The translations under genes were made by a program, and so were the position numbers. From Candidatus Bathyarchaeota archaeon (GTDB lineage Archaea; Thermoproteota; Bathyarchaeia; Bathyarchaeales; Bathycorpusculaceae), in contig CAVYXJ010000009.1 of assembly GCA_963772455.1 (NCBI GenBank), positions 128,001 through 192,000 on the forward strand: DNA of 64,000 nucleotides, given 5' to 3'. The notes under the pieces were generated by a model. That model saw only the letters and a program-made list of their open reading frames with translations. It was not told where the DNA came from and did not search any database. This document shows, in pieces, positions 1 through 10,897 of the stretch (the first letter of the stretch is position 1; each line of letters opens with the position of its first letter).

Positions 1-1563
1 TCAGGTTTATACGTCAACCAAGCTCGCGCGGCAATAGTCGCAGATTTAACTGCAGCTGGATTACTTGAAAAAACTGAGAAGATACAACATGAAGTCGGCG
101 TCTGTGATCGCTGCAAAGCCCAAGTTGAAATCTTAGAGGTAAAACAATGGTTCATGAAAACCCTTCCACTTTGCGAAGCTGTAGAGAAGAATGCTAACGA
201 AATACCATGGTACCCAGATTATATGAAAAACCGATTAATCGACTGGACCCGTGCTTTAGATTGGGATTGGGTAGTAAGCCGCCAAAGACTGTTTGCTACG
301 CCAATTCCAGTTTGGTACTGCAAGAGTTGCGGTGAGGTTATCGTTGCTCAAGAAAGTTGGGTGCCGATCGATCCAAGGATGGAAAAGCCCCGAATTGAAA
401 AATGTCCTAAATGTGGTGGAAACGAGTTTATGGGTGAAACTGATGTTTTGGACACGTGGATGGATTCCTCAATTACTTGCGCTGTCCATGCCGGTTGGCC
501 AGATAGAGCTGACTGGAAACACCTGTATCCAGCCAGCATGCATCCGTCTGGCACAGATATTATCCGAACCTGGGCATATTACCTCATGGTACGGCACCTA
601 GCATTATTTGATGAACGCCCATTCAATAGTGTCCTCATAAACGGCATGGTGCTTGGCGCTGACGGTAGAAAAATGAGCAAATCACTGAAGAATTACGCTG
701 CAGCGCCTGAAGTATTAAACAAAAGTGGCGCAGATGCCACTCGACAATGGGCCGCTGGCGGAGGCGCAACAGGCTCAGATATTCCTTACCGTGTCCAAGA
801 CGTCGAATACGGTAGGCGCTTTTTGGTTAAGCTATGGAACGTTACTGGATTTGCAACCAACCTCTTAGCAGATTACGACCCCAAAGCCAATGCGGAAGTT
901 GACCTACAACTACTCGATAAATGGATTCTCAGCAAAACGGAGAACCTGACTAAAAAAGTTACAGAAGCCTTCGAAAAATGTCAATTCAACATCGCTATCG
1001 AAGAGATCCGAAACTTCACCTGGCATGTCTTCTGCGACTATTACATTGAATCAGTGAAGGATAGACTTTACCGTCAAGAGAAAGAAAGTGCAGCCAAACG
1101 GCGAGCAGCACAACAGACCCTTTACGAGGTATTGTACAAAATTTTACAGTTGCTAGCCCCAATAACCCCTCACTTGACGGAAGAAATCTATCAACATATG
1201 TACGCCCCAGATAAAGGCTTCAAAAGCTTACAGATAACACATTGGCCAAAAGTAGATGACACCCTCGTCAACAAAACAGTAGAAGATCAAGGAGACAAAG
1301 TGATGGCTCTAATTGAGGATGTGCGAAGAAAAAAAGCAGCCCAAAAGCTACCTCTAAATATTCCCATTTTGTCCCTTGAAGTCTACACAGAAAGTCAAAA
1401 AAGCGCTGACATAATTATTTCAAGCAAAGAAGATATCGCAGGAACTCTCAAAGTTGCTATAGATGATTTTAACGTTATTCCCAAAGCGGGTCAAGGACAG
1501 GAAGTGCCACAATTTCCAGGAGTAATTCCTGTTGCCATCTTCGGGACGGTAACCAAGAAATGA
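1..1563 (+). CDS. valS: Valyl-tRNA synthetase, archaeal type (5'-partial; frame open from base 1)
   Basis: KMSKS motif, [23 protein letters not shown], CxxC zinc knuckles and FCDYYIE anticodon-binding domain; no stop between base 1 and 154 in this frame. Confidence 0.95.
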   Translation, partial: SGLYVNQARAAIVADLTAAGLLEKTEKIQHEVGVCDRCKAQVEILEVKQWFMKTLPLCEAVEKNANEIPWYPDYMKNRLIDWTRALDWDWVVSRQRLFATPIPVWYCKSCGEVIVAQESWVPIDPRMEKPRIEKCPKCGGNEFMGETDVLDTWMDSSITCAVHAGWPDRADWKHLYPASMHPSGTDIIRTWAYYLMVRHLALFDERPFNSVLINGMVLGADGRKMSKSLKNYAAAPEVLNKSGADATRQWAAGGGATGSDIPYRVQDVEYGRRFLVKLWNVTGFATNLLADYDPKANAEVDLQLLDKWILSKTENLTKKVTEAFEKCQFNIAIEEIRNFTWHVFCDYYIESVKDRLYRQEKESAAKRRAAQQTLYEVLYKILQLLAPITPHLTEEIYQHMYAPDKGFKSLQITHWPKVDDTLVNKTVEDQGDKVMALIEDVRRKKAAQKLPLNIPILSLEVYTESQKSADIIISSKEDIAGTLKVAIDDFNVIPKAGQGQEVPQFPGVIPVAIFGTVTKK

Positions 1564-2294
1564 AAAGAGTTGGATTAATTGGCTGCGGCGCCATCGGCAC
1601 GGTTCTTGCTGAAGCCATCGAGCGGAAATTGGTGGTCTGTGATGAACTGGTCATTTTCGATGTGGATGCAGCGAAAGCAGAGAAACTCAAAAACTCCTTA
1701 AAATTCCCTGTAAAGATCATGTCAAACGTGGATGAGTTGCTTGCGTCCAAGCCATCAATAATTGTTGAAGCAGCATCCCAACAAGCCGTGCGAGAATACT
1801 ATAACAAAATTTTAGCGGCAAACATCGACTTCATCATTATGAGCACAGGCGCACTTTTGGATTTAAACACAAATACCCCTAAACTTCACTTTCCCTCAGG
1901 CGCCATCGGAGGATTAGATGCGCTTTCTCCTGCTGCTTTAGCTGGAATCGACGAGGTCACGTTGACTACCCGCAAACCTCCCAAAGCCCTTGGAAAAACT
2001 AACACCCAAGAGGAAACCGTCTACGAGGGTTACGCAGAGGAAGCGGCAAGACAGTTCCCTCGGGAAATGAATGTTGCAGCAACGTTAGCCTTAACCGTTA
2101 AACCAGCCAAAGTGAAAGTTCAAGTGGTATCCGACCCAACGATCGTACGCAACACCCACGAAATCCATGTTAAATGGCGCTACGGCGAAATGAACTTTCA
2201 GCTTGCCAACGACCCCCACCCAGACAACCCACACACCAGCGCACTCGCTGCTTGGTCAGCCATAAACCTGCTAAAATCACAACTGGAAAAATAA
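1560..2294 (+). CDS. nadX: L-aspartate dehydrogenase
   Basis: Rossmann GCGAIG, EAAS, SGAIGGLD, RKPP, NVAATL, catalytic H in NTHEI, NPHTS; ATGA overlap with valS. Confidence 0.9.
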   Translation: MKRVGLIGCGAIGTVLAEAIERKLVVCDELVIFDVDAAKAEKLKNSLKFPVKIMSNVDELLASKPSIIVEAASQQAVREYYNKILAANIDFIIMSTGALLDLNTNTPKLHFPSGAIGGLDALSPAALAGIDEVTLTTRKPPKALGKTNTQEETVYEGYAEEAARQFPREMNVAATLALTVKPAKVKVQVVSDPTIVRNTHEIHVKWRYGEMNFQLANDPHPDNPHTSALAAWSAINLLKSQLEK

Positions 2295-2509
2295 GTTAGC
2301 TCCCTAAACCCAGGTATCTTTTTTGTGTGTCTCCCATGCCTTACATAAATCGGATTTGGAATGGCTACTTTTTTTGAACAACTAATATTCCAATTTTTGC
2401 TTTCAACCAAGGATTATTAACATGGTCATAGAAATTTAACGAACGAAAATAAGAAAATTCTGCTAAAGAAACAAACAAAAAAGAAAAGAAAGAAGAATAC
2501 GGATTTATC

Positions 2510-5500
2510 TTATTCAGTTGTGTTTTCGTCGTTTTCTTCTGCTTGGGGGGTTTGGTCGCTGTTGTCCGCTTCCGTTATCAGGACCGAATGCGCCTGCTGG
2601 AACGCTTCTGAAGGGTGGGACGGAATGTGTGCCTCCCTCCACCAATGAAATAGTTTCTATTGCTGGTTCTTCAAGAACTTTTTCAAGGGTAGTTTCGATT
2701 GGAACTTGCTCTGTTACTTCGAAGTCTTGGAGTGGAGCTTCAATTACGCGTTGTTCTTCGTGGGCTGCTTCTGCAATTGGCTCGGTTGCAATGATTGTTT
2801 CTGCTGGAGCTTCGACTGGTGTTTCGTTTATGGGGACTGCTTCAACTGTGAGTGCTGGGGCTTCTTCAACTGCGATTGTTGGCGGCTCGATTGGAGCTGT
2901 TTCTTCAACAACTGCTACTTGAGCTTCCTCAACGATTGCGGCTGGCACTTCAACTGGTGCTTCGATGATTGGAGTAGCTTGGATTACTTGTTCTTCGACT
3001 GCTGGCTCGATTACTGCTTCGGTTACTATTTCAACTGCTGCTTCTGGCTCAGCTGCAACTACTGGAGCCTCTTCCACTGGGGCAGCTTCTACAATTGGAG
3101 TTTCTTCAACGATTGGAACTTCAATTGCTGGAGCTTCTTCAACAATTGCTACTGGAGCTTCGACTGGTGTTTCAATTATTGGGGCTGCTTCAACAACTGG
3201 AGTTTCTATTGCTGGAGCTTCAACTATGGTTTCAACTGCTGGAGCCTCAACGATTGGGGCTTCCTCAATTGGGATAACTTCAATTGGGGCTATCTCTATT
3301 GGGGCGGCTTCTTCGACAATTGGAGCTTCAACTGGTGCAGCTTCCTCAACGATTGAGGCTGCTTCTGCGACCATTTCCACTGCTGGAGCTTCTTCAACAA
3401 CTGGTGTGCTTTCAACTACTGGAGCGGTTTCAACTGAGGCTTCAATCGTGGCTTGCTCAACTTGAGCTTCCACTGGGGCCTCTAAAGGGACCGCTGTCTC
3501 CACTGGAGCTGCTTCTGCAACTGGAGCTTCAACTGGAGCAGTTTCTATTGGAGCACACTCAATTGGAGCTGCTTCGGCTACTGGAACGGCTTCTTCTATG
3601 ATTATTGCGGGAGCTTCTTCAACAATTGCTACTGGAGCTTCGACTGGTGTTTCAATTATTGGGGCTGCTTCAACAACTGGAGTTTCTATTGCTGGAGCTT
3701 CAGCTATGGTTTCAACTGCTGGAGCCTCAACGATTGGGGCTTGCTCAATTGGGATAACTTCAATTGGGGCTATCTCTATTGGGGCGGCTTCTTCGACAAT
3801 TGGAGCTTCAACTGGTGCAGCTTCCTCAACGATTGAGGCTGCTTCTGCGACCATTTCCACTGCTGGAGCTTCTTCAACAACTGGTGTGCTTTCAACTACT
3901 GGAGCGGTTTCAACTGAGGCTTCGATCGTGGCTTGCTCAACTTGAGCTTCCACTGGGGCCTCTAAAGGGACCGCTGTCTCCACTGGAGCTGCTTCTGCAA
4001 CTGGAGCTTCAACTGGAGCAGTTTCTATTGGAGCACACTCAATTGGGGCTGCTTCGGCTACTGGAACGGCTTCTTCTATGATTATTGCGGGAGCTTCTTC
4101 AACAATTGCTACTGGAGCTTCGACTGGTGTTTCAATTATTGGGGCTGCTTCAACAACTGGAGTTTCTATTGCTGGAGCTTCAACTATGGTTTCAACTGCT
4201 GGAGCCTCAACGATTGGGGCTTGCTCAATTGGGATAACTTCAATTGGGGCTATCTCTATTGGGGCGGCTTCTTCGACAACTGGAGCTTCAACTGGTGCAG
4301 CTTCCTCAACGATTGAGGCTGCTTCTGCGACCATTTCCACTGCTGGAGCTTCTTCAACAACTGGTGTGCTTTCAACTACTGGAGCGGTTTCAACTGAGGC
4401 TTCAATCGTGGCTTGCTCAACTTGAGCTTCCACTGGGGCCTCTAAAGGGACCGCTGTCTCCACTGGAGATGCTTCTGCAACTGGAGCTTCAACTGGAGCA
4501 GTTTCTATTGGAGCACACTCAATTGGAGCTGCTTCGGCTACTGGAACGGCTTCTTCTATGATTATTGCGGGAGCTTCTTCAACAATTGCTACTGGAGCTT
4601 CGACTGGTGTTTCAATTATTGGGGCTGCTTCAACAACTGGAGTTTCTATTGCTGGAGCTTCAACTATGGTTTCAACTGCTGGAGCCTCAACAATTGGGGC
4701 TTGCTCAATTGGGATAACTTCAATTGGGGCTATCTCTATTGGGGCGGCTTCTTCGACAATTGGAGCTTCAACTGGTGCAGCTTCCTCAACGATTGAGGCT
4801 GCTTCTGCGACCATTTCCACTGCTGGAGCTTCTTCAACAACTGGTGTGCTTTCAACTACTGGAGCGGTTTCAACTGAGGCTTCAATCGTGGCTTGCTCAA
4901 CTTGAGCTTCCACTGGGGCCTCTAAAGGGACCGCTGTCTCCACTGGAGCTGCTTCTGCAACTGGAGCTTCAACTGGAGCAGTTTCTATTGGAGCACACTC
5001 AATTGGAGCTGCTTCGGCTACTGGAACGGCTTCTATTGGGGCAGTTTCAATTGGCGCTGCTTCAACTGGGCAAGTTTCTATAATTGGCGCTGTCTCAACA
5101 GGTGTAGCTTCCACGGGGACCTCTAAAGGGGCCGCTTCTACCGCCGTTGGTTGAACTGCTGGAGCTTCCATTATTGGAGCTGGTTCAGGAGCTTGAATTG
5201 TTTGGGCGCAAGGAAAAATTTGGTCAATTGCTTGTTTTATTACACCTAATTCGTTTCTTGTTGTTTCAAGTGTATTTGAGAGAAGGTTTATTTCTCGACC
5301 GTAGCTTTCCTCATCGATTTCTCCAACAACGTGTTGGATTTCATAGTTAGCGAGGAGGGTTTCTAAGGTTTTTAGTTGACCTTCTAATTCGAGGGTTTTT
5401 GCTTGCATCTTTTGAGCTAGGTCTTGTCGTTGTGTTTCGATTTCGACCATTGCTGTAGTTGATGTCGCCAGTGAAAGAGTCGCGAGTAGCTTGAGAGATT

Positions 5501-5598
5501 TTGCCTGTTGTAAAAAGGTTGTCTAAAGCTTGCTTCTTTTTCTTGGCAATTTCGTATTCTTCATTTAATCGTTTAAAGGTATATTTCCATGAAATCAC
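2510..5598 (-). CDS. CdvA-like coiled-coil protein with a very long acidic E/A/P/V/I-rich repeat tail (reconstructed across frame breaks at ~5455 and probably ~2640)
   Basis: ORFs 5347-5598 and 2514-5450 join on removing one base (GDI..TAMVEIETQRQ). The N-terminal helical region with LLANYEIQHVVGEIDEESY resembles CdvA-like coiled coils (recognition from memory). An alternative acidic C-terminal frame ends ...QAEENDENTTE* at 2510. Confidence 0.6.
3130..5034. repeat. Intragenic tandem repeat, ~4 x 480 bp (160 aa), near-identical copies
   Basis: Sequence recurs at exact 480-nt spacing (e.g. shadow ORFs at 3598/4078/4558); copies differ by scattered substitutions. Confidence 0.95.
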
Positions 5599-6008
5599 GT
5601 TTAGGGCACCGTAGCTTGCTTAGGCGAAAATATGAAATAACGTTTGTTAACATGCACATATATCGCTAACTATTAAATTCGTTTAGGTTGGCAGAAAAAT
5701 GGTAATTTTAAAGTAAAAATGGGTTCTGTTTGTATGGGTTTATGTATATAAATAGTGTAATTATTCTTCAAATTGATGGAGATAAAATGACACTTCTATG
5801 TTAACTATAATGTTGTCAACTAATATGTTATGTAGCCATATATGCAAAAGAATGTTGAGCAGATTTTGATGGTTTTTTCCCTTGAGGCATTTTTTTTAGG
5901 ATTCGATTTAGTTTTTTTTGTTTAAACATTTGCGAATCTTGTTATAACATTTTATTCTAAATCCGAATAATTCTTATATATCTAAACAAGAATAAACAAG
6001 AGTGATGC

Positions 6009-6392
6009 GTGCAAAATATGGTAGCATTAACAATCGCTTTAAACGGAGAAAAATCAGAAGCCAGAATAATCAAAAAAATGCATGAACGTGTAATAAAAAC
6101 CTTCATGGATACAATAATAATGGCTGAACTGCAAAATGGATCGATAAGCGGATATGATGTAATCTCATTTATCCACAACAAGTTCGGATTCCTCGCCAGC
6201 TCGGGCACAGTCTATTCCTTACTCTATTCACTTGAGCGAAACGACTTAGTAGAGGGAATATGGATTGAACGAAAAAGAGTCTATAAACTTACAGAAAAAG
6301 GCGCAAAAACAATCGCGACCATTATGAATTCACATGATAAAATCAAGGGTTTCATGTCAACAATACTCAAAGCACAAACACCCCAATATTAA
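6009..6392 (+). CDS. PadR-family winged-helix transcriptional regulator
   Basis: SGYDVI...SSGTVYSLLYSLE...RKRVYKLTEKG PadR signature. Confidence 0.85.
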   Translation: MQNMVALTIALNGEKSEARIIKKMHERVIKTFMDTIIMAELQNGSISGYDVISFIHNKFGFLASSGTVYSLLYSLERNDLVEGIWIERKRVYKLTEKGAKTIATIMNSHDKIKGFMSTILKAQTPQY

Positions 6393-6469
6393 TTTCTTTT
6401 TATCATTAATTCAATAGAAATACTAAAAAACCCCCTCGTGTTTTTCTATCAGCCGCAACGAATCTTTGC

Positions 6470-6547
6470 GGGTCCGTAGCTCAGTCAGGCTAGAGCATCG
6501 GACTTTTAATCCGAGGGTCGCGGGTTCAACTCCCGTCGGACCCGCCA
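6470..6547 (+). tRNA. tRNA-Lys(TTT), CCA encoded, no intron
   Basis: Acceptor GGGTCCG/CGGACCC, anticodon arm TCGGA-CT-TTT-AA-TCCGA, T-loop GTTCAAC, 3' GCCA. Confidence 0.97.
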
Positions 6548-6578
6548 AATTATATTGGAGTAAATTTTATTTTGTGGA

Positions 6579-6824
6579 TCATTTTCTATAACCTCTTTTC
6601 GTCTGTGCTTTCTTGAGGTTAGCTTCGACTTTGGTTATCCTCTTCTCAAGTGCCGCTATTTTTTCATTCTCTTGTTTTTCGGACACTTTTTTTGCTCCTG
6701 TAAGATTGGAGACCGTACATTGTTGTAGACGCTTGCAGGAAGCGCAATGGACACGCTCTTGTCCTCGTTTTGAGGTAAAATTCATGAAGGCATCTGTAAG
6801 ATAGCTAAAATTTTTATGTTCCAT
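6579..6824 (-). CDS. Hypothetical small protein (CxxC-x5-C motif plus basic coiled-coil C-terminus)
   Basis: ORF with HCASCKRLQQC and heptad-like IAALEKRITKVEANLKK. Confidence 0.35.
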   Translation of the reverse strand: MEHKNFSYLTDAFMNFTSKRGQERVHCASCKRLQQCTVSNLTGAKKVSEKQENEKIAALEKRITKVEANLKKAQTKRGYRK

Positions 6825-7041
6825 AAGATTGAAAAACTCATATAGAATTTCGGTTTAATGGAACAATGAGAAAACTCCCACAAGCAAGTACTTCTTTAGC
6901 AACCTAGAATTACAAATAATCAAAGAAATAGCAAAAGGAACCTGTGAATTTTCATCAATTCGCCCTTTTCTGATAGGTATTTAAAAGTTATTAACCAAAA
7001 TGGGTTAACAACATATATCTGCCTTCTACCCAGCCTACTTC

Positions 7042-7407
7042 TTGATTTTCATGCAAGCGAATAAAGTATCTAAACAACACGGGTCAAAAATCATTGTAGC
7101 TTCCAAGGTTTACCAAGTTGTGTATTGCATTGAAATTAGGTATTCTTCAGGTGAAGTATGGTGGCAAACATGGCATTTATTGAAGTGCCCTATAGTTGGG
7201 TTTAATCGTGCTGAGGCTTTACGAAGTGCTAAAGAATGGAAGGTCCAGCTTGGCGCGAAGTTCCAACCGGTGATTATTGGTGAAGATGAGGGGGATTTTG
7301 AGAGCATAGATTGCGATAATCTTTTCGGCATTAATGCCATTGGTGGATTTGATGCTGGCGAGTTCGAGTTTCCAGATTGTCTACTTGAAGAGGATGAGTG
7401 TCCATGA
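7042..7407 (+). CDS. Hypothetical protein, acidic C-terminus
   Basis: ORF whose stop overlaps the next start (ATGA at 7404-7407). Confidence 0.5.
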   Translation: MIFMQANKVSKQHGSKIIVASKVYQVVYCIEIRYSSGEVWWQTWHLLKCPIVGFNRAEALRSAKEWKVQLGAKFQPVIIGEDEGDFESIDCDNLFGINAIGGFDAGEFEFPDCLLEEDECP

Positions 7408-7817
7408 AAGGACAACCTTGGACTGTTCAAGAGGAAAAGCAACTTCGCGAAATGGTTCAGGCGAAAAGAAAGCTCAATGAAATCGCCACGTTTTTTGGCA
7501 AATCTCCTGAAAGTGTCAAGAAAAAGATGAATCGTCTTAACTTGGAAGTAGTCGTCCTGCAAATTCCAAAGACGACTACTTCTAATGATTTACCAAGTGT
7601 TGAAGAAGCACTCCAGAAACTCAACGATGCGTTGGTCTCGCTGGAGACTCCTGGGCTTGATCACGCAGAGACTTTACGATTGCGTAGCATAATCCAAGGT
7701 AGGAAATTGTATATCGAGAAGTTTGCTGATTTTTTGAATTACCAGGAACTTGAGGCTCGTTTGTTTGATTTGGAGGGAAAATATGCGGCGCTTTCTAAGA
7801 AGAGCAAGAACTCTTGA
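7404..7817 (+). CDS. HTH/Myb-like DNA-binding protein, probable terminase small subunit
   Basis: WTVQEEKQL...IATFFGKSPESVKKKMNRL Myb/HTH-like N-terminus, helical C-terminus, overlaps the start of the terminase large subunit. Confidence 0.55.
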   Translation: MKGQPWTVQEEKQLREMVQAKRKLNEIATFFGKSPESVKKKMNRLNLEVVVLQIPKTTTSNDLPSVEEALQKLNDALVSLETPGLDHAETLRLRSIIQGRKLYIEKFADFLNYQELEARLFDLEGKYAALSKKSKNS

Positions 7818-9231
7818 TATTAATGCCTACAGGCGGCATCGTGGAATTTTGGATAACTCAGTAGTGGAACTTGAAATTGAGCTGGCAAGTCAAGTTACAT
7901 CTTTGAGTGTTGATGTTAAGGCGTTTTTTGAGCAGATTTTCGGTTTTACTCCATTTAAGTACCAGCTTGAATTGGCAGACTTGTTTGAGAAGAATCAGTT
8001 TACTTCTGTCCGCTGGTCTCGCCAGACGGGTAAGAGTTTTTGTGTTTCGGCTTTGCTTTTAAAGTATGCATGGGATCATCCTGATAGCTATATTGCGATT
8101 GTTGGACCAAGTTTTCGGCAAACAAAATTGAATATCAGGCGGATGGGGGGTTTTGCTAGAAAGCTTCCTCAGCTACCAGGATTGCACATACAGAAGACCA
8201 GAATTACCTTGCCTAATGGCAGTACGATTGAGGCTTTTCCAAACAACCCTGACACAATCAGGGGACCAACCTTCAAAGTAATCTGGATCGAAGAAGCAAA
8301 TTTTATTCCAAATGACGAGGACCTCTATGATGCAGTTCTATTTACTCTTGGAACGACCAACGGCAAGTTGATTGCTACTTCCACGCCTTTTAATACGGAT
8401 AGTTTGTTTTGGAAAATGTGCAATCACAAAGACTTCAATGATTTTGCAAGATCTCATGTACGATGGAGCGAGGCCATGACGCCAAATGGTCCCTGGTACC
8501 CAGCAATGGTTGAGAAAATTAAACGCCAGTTCGGAGATGACCCTCAACGTTGGCGCCGAGAAATGGAAGCAGAATGGGCAGAAGACGAAGACACATGGCT
8601 ATCTCAAAGCCTAATCGTAAGCTGCATTGGCACAGAAAAGAGTTGCGAAACTGATCTGCAAGAGTTTAGCCCCGATGCAAACTATAAAGGCGACTTTTTT
8701 GCAGGATTAGATTTAGCGCAAACACGCGATTTCTGTGTACTCTCAATTGTTGAACGGTTAAATGAGAAACTATTTCTTAGGCATGTCAAAATTTTCAAGC
8801 AACCTACCCTCTACTCAACTGTTATGGGTTATCTTAAGACACTGCAGGACCGTTGGGGAGGATTTACGAAAATACGCATTGACTTCACACGGGAAGGTCC
8901 TAGTATAATTGCAGATATGACTGCTGCTGGAATTGACAATGCTGAAGGTGTGAACTTTAGTGTGCCCCGAAAAAGTGAAATGGCAAGTTTGCTTAAGCAA
9001 CGTATGTCTAATGGCGATTTCTTTTATCCCCTTCTAAGTTGGGAAAAGCCCTATCGAGGAGATATTACCGCCGAGTTAAATGTTGAACGATATGACTTGC
9101 GCAAAGATGGCTCCATAGGCTTCTCACATCCTAATGGTACACACGACGATGTCTTCTGGAGCATAGCCCTAGCAGTATACGCGACCGCAGAAATGAGTCC
9201 CGAACCATTCATAGCAGTCATCCCAAGATGA
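7783..9231 (+). CDS. Phage terminase large subunit (ATPase + RNase H-like nuclease)
   Basis: Adenine-binding YQ, Walker A SRQTGKS, IRG, Walker B IWIEEA, coupling motif ATSTP, nuclease GLDLA / RIDFT / HDDVFWSIALA; ATG at 7783 preceded by GGAGG. Confidence 0.9.
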   Translation: MRRFLRRARTLDINAYRRHRGILDNSVVELEIELASQVTSLSVDVKAFFEQIFGFTPFKYQLELADLFEKNQFTSVRWSRQTGKSFCVSALLLKYAWDHPDSYIAIVGPSFRQTKLNIRRMGGFARKLPQLPGLHIQKTRITLPNGSTIEAFPNNPDTIRGPTFKVIWIEEANFIPNDEDLYDAVLFTLGTTNGKLIATSTPFNTDSLFWKMCNHKDFNDFARSHVRWSEAMTPNGPWYPAMVEKIKRQFGDDPQRWRREMEAEWAEDEDTWLSQSLIVSCIGTEKSCETDLQEFSPDANYKGDFFAGLDLAQTRDFCVLSIVERLNEKLFLRHVKIFKQPTLYSTVMGYLKTLQDRWGGFTKIRIDFTREGPSIIADMTAAGIDNAEGVNFSVPRKSEMASLLKQRMSNGDFFYPLLSWEKPYRGDITAELNVERYDLRKDGSIGFSHPNGTHDDVFWSIALAVYATAEMSPEPFIAVIPR

Positions 9232-9395
9232 CAAAAAATGAGAACAGGAAAACCTAATTCATATCCGAAAAACACGCTTGGCAGACGACAAGTTAACATT
9301 TCCACAATTACCATTCCCGTCCGGACTCGCTCAATTTCGTTTCTCATTAGAGTTTTTTCCACAAGATAGAAAAAGAGAACTACAAATTTACATTT

Positions 9396-10166
9396 ATGTC
9401 AAAACCCATTTCAATCAATAAATCGCGGAATCCTGTTTGCCTATGGCTTGATGAATTAAGCACAAAAGAAGCGGAAAATGCTTCAAAAAACGGTGCAGTT
9501 GTAATTTTTCCTGTTGGGAGCGTCGAAGAGCATGGCGATCACTTACCCTTATGCACTGACAGCGTTCAACCTGAATATGTCGCGTTGGGTGTTGCTAGGA
9601 AAACCGGGTGTTTTGTGGCTCCACCGTTAAGGTATGGAATTTGCAATGCCACACGTAATTTTGCGGGAACATTAACTATTGGATTTGACACCTTTTACAA
9701 GATAGTGAATGAAATTCTCTCCGAGTTAGTTCGCAACGGTTTCAATAGAATCATTGTTCTTAGCGGTCACGCGGGAAATTCACACATGGTTGCGTTGAGG
9801 ATGGCAGCCCAAGATATCGTAATTAAAAACGAAGCTTTAGGGGCAGAAAGGAAAACTCGGATTATGGTCCTCTCAGACTACGACTTCGCAAAAGAATTAA
9901 CTCCAAAATACGCTTCAGAAAAAGATGGACATGCAGGCACATTAGAAACTTCGCGAATGATGGCCATCAAGCCTAACCTTATTAAATCAAAAGGTTCTGC
10001 AAGTTTCACAGATATGCCTCGTTTTGAAGTTGTTGCTCACCCGGAATTTTATTTCCCTAGTGGAGTCAATGGAGATCCAACGGTTTCATCTGCGGAGAAT
10101 GGCCAAAAAATAAACGATTACATCATTGATCAGGTCGTCAAACTAGTTAAGAAAATTAAAGAATAA
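9396..10166 (+). CDS. Creatininase-family amidohydrolase (creatinine amidohydrolase / ArfB-like)
   Basis: PVGSVEEHGDHLP..TD, SGHAGN, DGHAG..ETS metal-binding motifs. Confidence 0.88.
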   Translation: MSKPISINKSRNPVCLWLDELSTKEAENASKNGAVVIFPVGSVEEHGDHLPLCTDSVQPEYVALGVARKTGCFVAPPLRYGICNATRNFAGTLTIGFDTFYKIVNEILSELVRNGFNRIIVLSGHAGNSHMVALRMAAQDIVIKNEALGAERKTRIMVLSDYDFAKELTPKYASEKDGHAGTLETSRMMAIKPNLIKSKGSASFTDMPRFEVVAHPEFYFPSGVNGDPTVSSAENGQKINDYIIDQVVKLVKKIKE

Positions 10167-10382
10167 ACTCTTTTATTTTCAAATTGGACTTTCTTGGAGT
10201 TTGTAGTGACATGGTTAAGATGTGTTTTGGATTCTTCTTTAAATAATTATTCTTGAATTTTAAACAAATTTTTTTTATTATATAATCAAATTTAATTAAG
10301 AATGCTCTCAAAGTAATGATATAGGTGCTTATTGAAACAAAGCTTATATTATAAACAGTCTAATACCGATTGATGATCAAAA

Positions 10383-10697
10383 ATGAAGGGAGCTTTAATA
10401 TTTTTAGCAGTATTTGCAATTATCGTTATCATAACATTGGCGTATACTTCGCTTCCTCCTGGAAACTCAATATACCAAGCAGTTCTTCCCAATACAGAAC
10501 AATACACCTCAACTTATGCAATCGCAGGGACTAACGCTTTTGCTTTAATAATTGCGGTTTTCAACGGGGTTATCTATGCATTCATAGCGTGGCTAATTTT
10601 CACATTGCTAACTTGGGGACATAGGAAAGAGAAAAAACAAAACGTAACCGTCAATGTTAACAACCAACCCGCGTCACCACCTCCACCACCACAATAA
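10383..10697 (+). CDS. Small membrane protein (2 hydrophobic segments, poly-Pro C-terminus)
   Basis: Two TM-like stretches, SPPPPPQ tail, TATA-like TTATAAA upstream, T-run downstream. Confidence 0.7.
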   Translation: MKGALIFLAVFAIIVIITLAYTSLPPGNSIYQAVLPNTEQYTSTYAIAGTNAFALIIAVFNGVIYAFIAWLIFTLLTWGHRKEKKQNVTVNVNNQPASPPPPPQ

Positions 10698-10897
10698 ATT
10701 AAAACGGATAAAAAAAACACAATTTTTTTTTCTCATTACCCAGCTTTAGCCTTGCCGAAAGAAAAAAGTTAAAGCTTTCCAGAATACCTTTGGAAGCCGT
10801 TTTAACATTTAGTGTAATTTACACTGCAGACATTGCTGAGAACTATGCTTTATTCAATATGATTAGGCAACCTAAAAGTGAATAATCCGGCGCTTTT

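Larger units (their letters stand above)
6531..9330. mobile_element. Small tRNA-Lys-integrated element / provirus remnant carrying terminase genes
   Basis: The tRNA 3' end TCCCGTCGGACCCGC (6531-6545) recurs as TCCCGTCCGGACTCGC (9315-9330), with 1 insertion and 1 mismatch, flanking the terminase genes. Confidence 0.6.

Noticed and set aside
3130-5034. Tandem repeat as a CRISPR array or mobile element
   Set aside because: The unit is 480 bp, in frame and coding, with no unique spacers, cas genes or transposase
2518-5350. Many + strand ORFs (S/T/G/A-rich and L/Q/E-rich) over the repeat region
   Set aside because: These are antisense shadows of the repetitive minus-strand gene and recur at its 480-bp period
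9051-9362. Minus-strand ORF overlapping the terminase 3' end, and other antisense ORFs within long genes
   Set aside because: They overlap well-supported genes on the opposite strand and have no recognisable motifs
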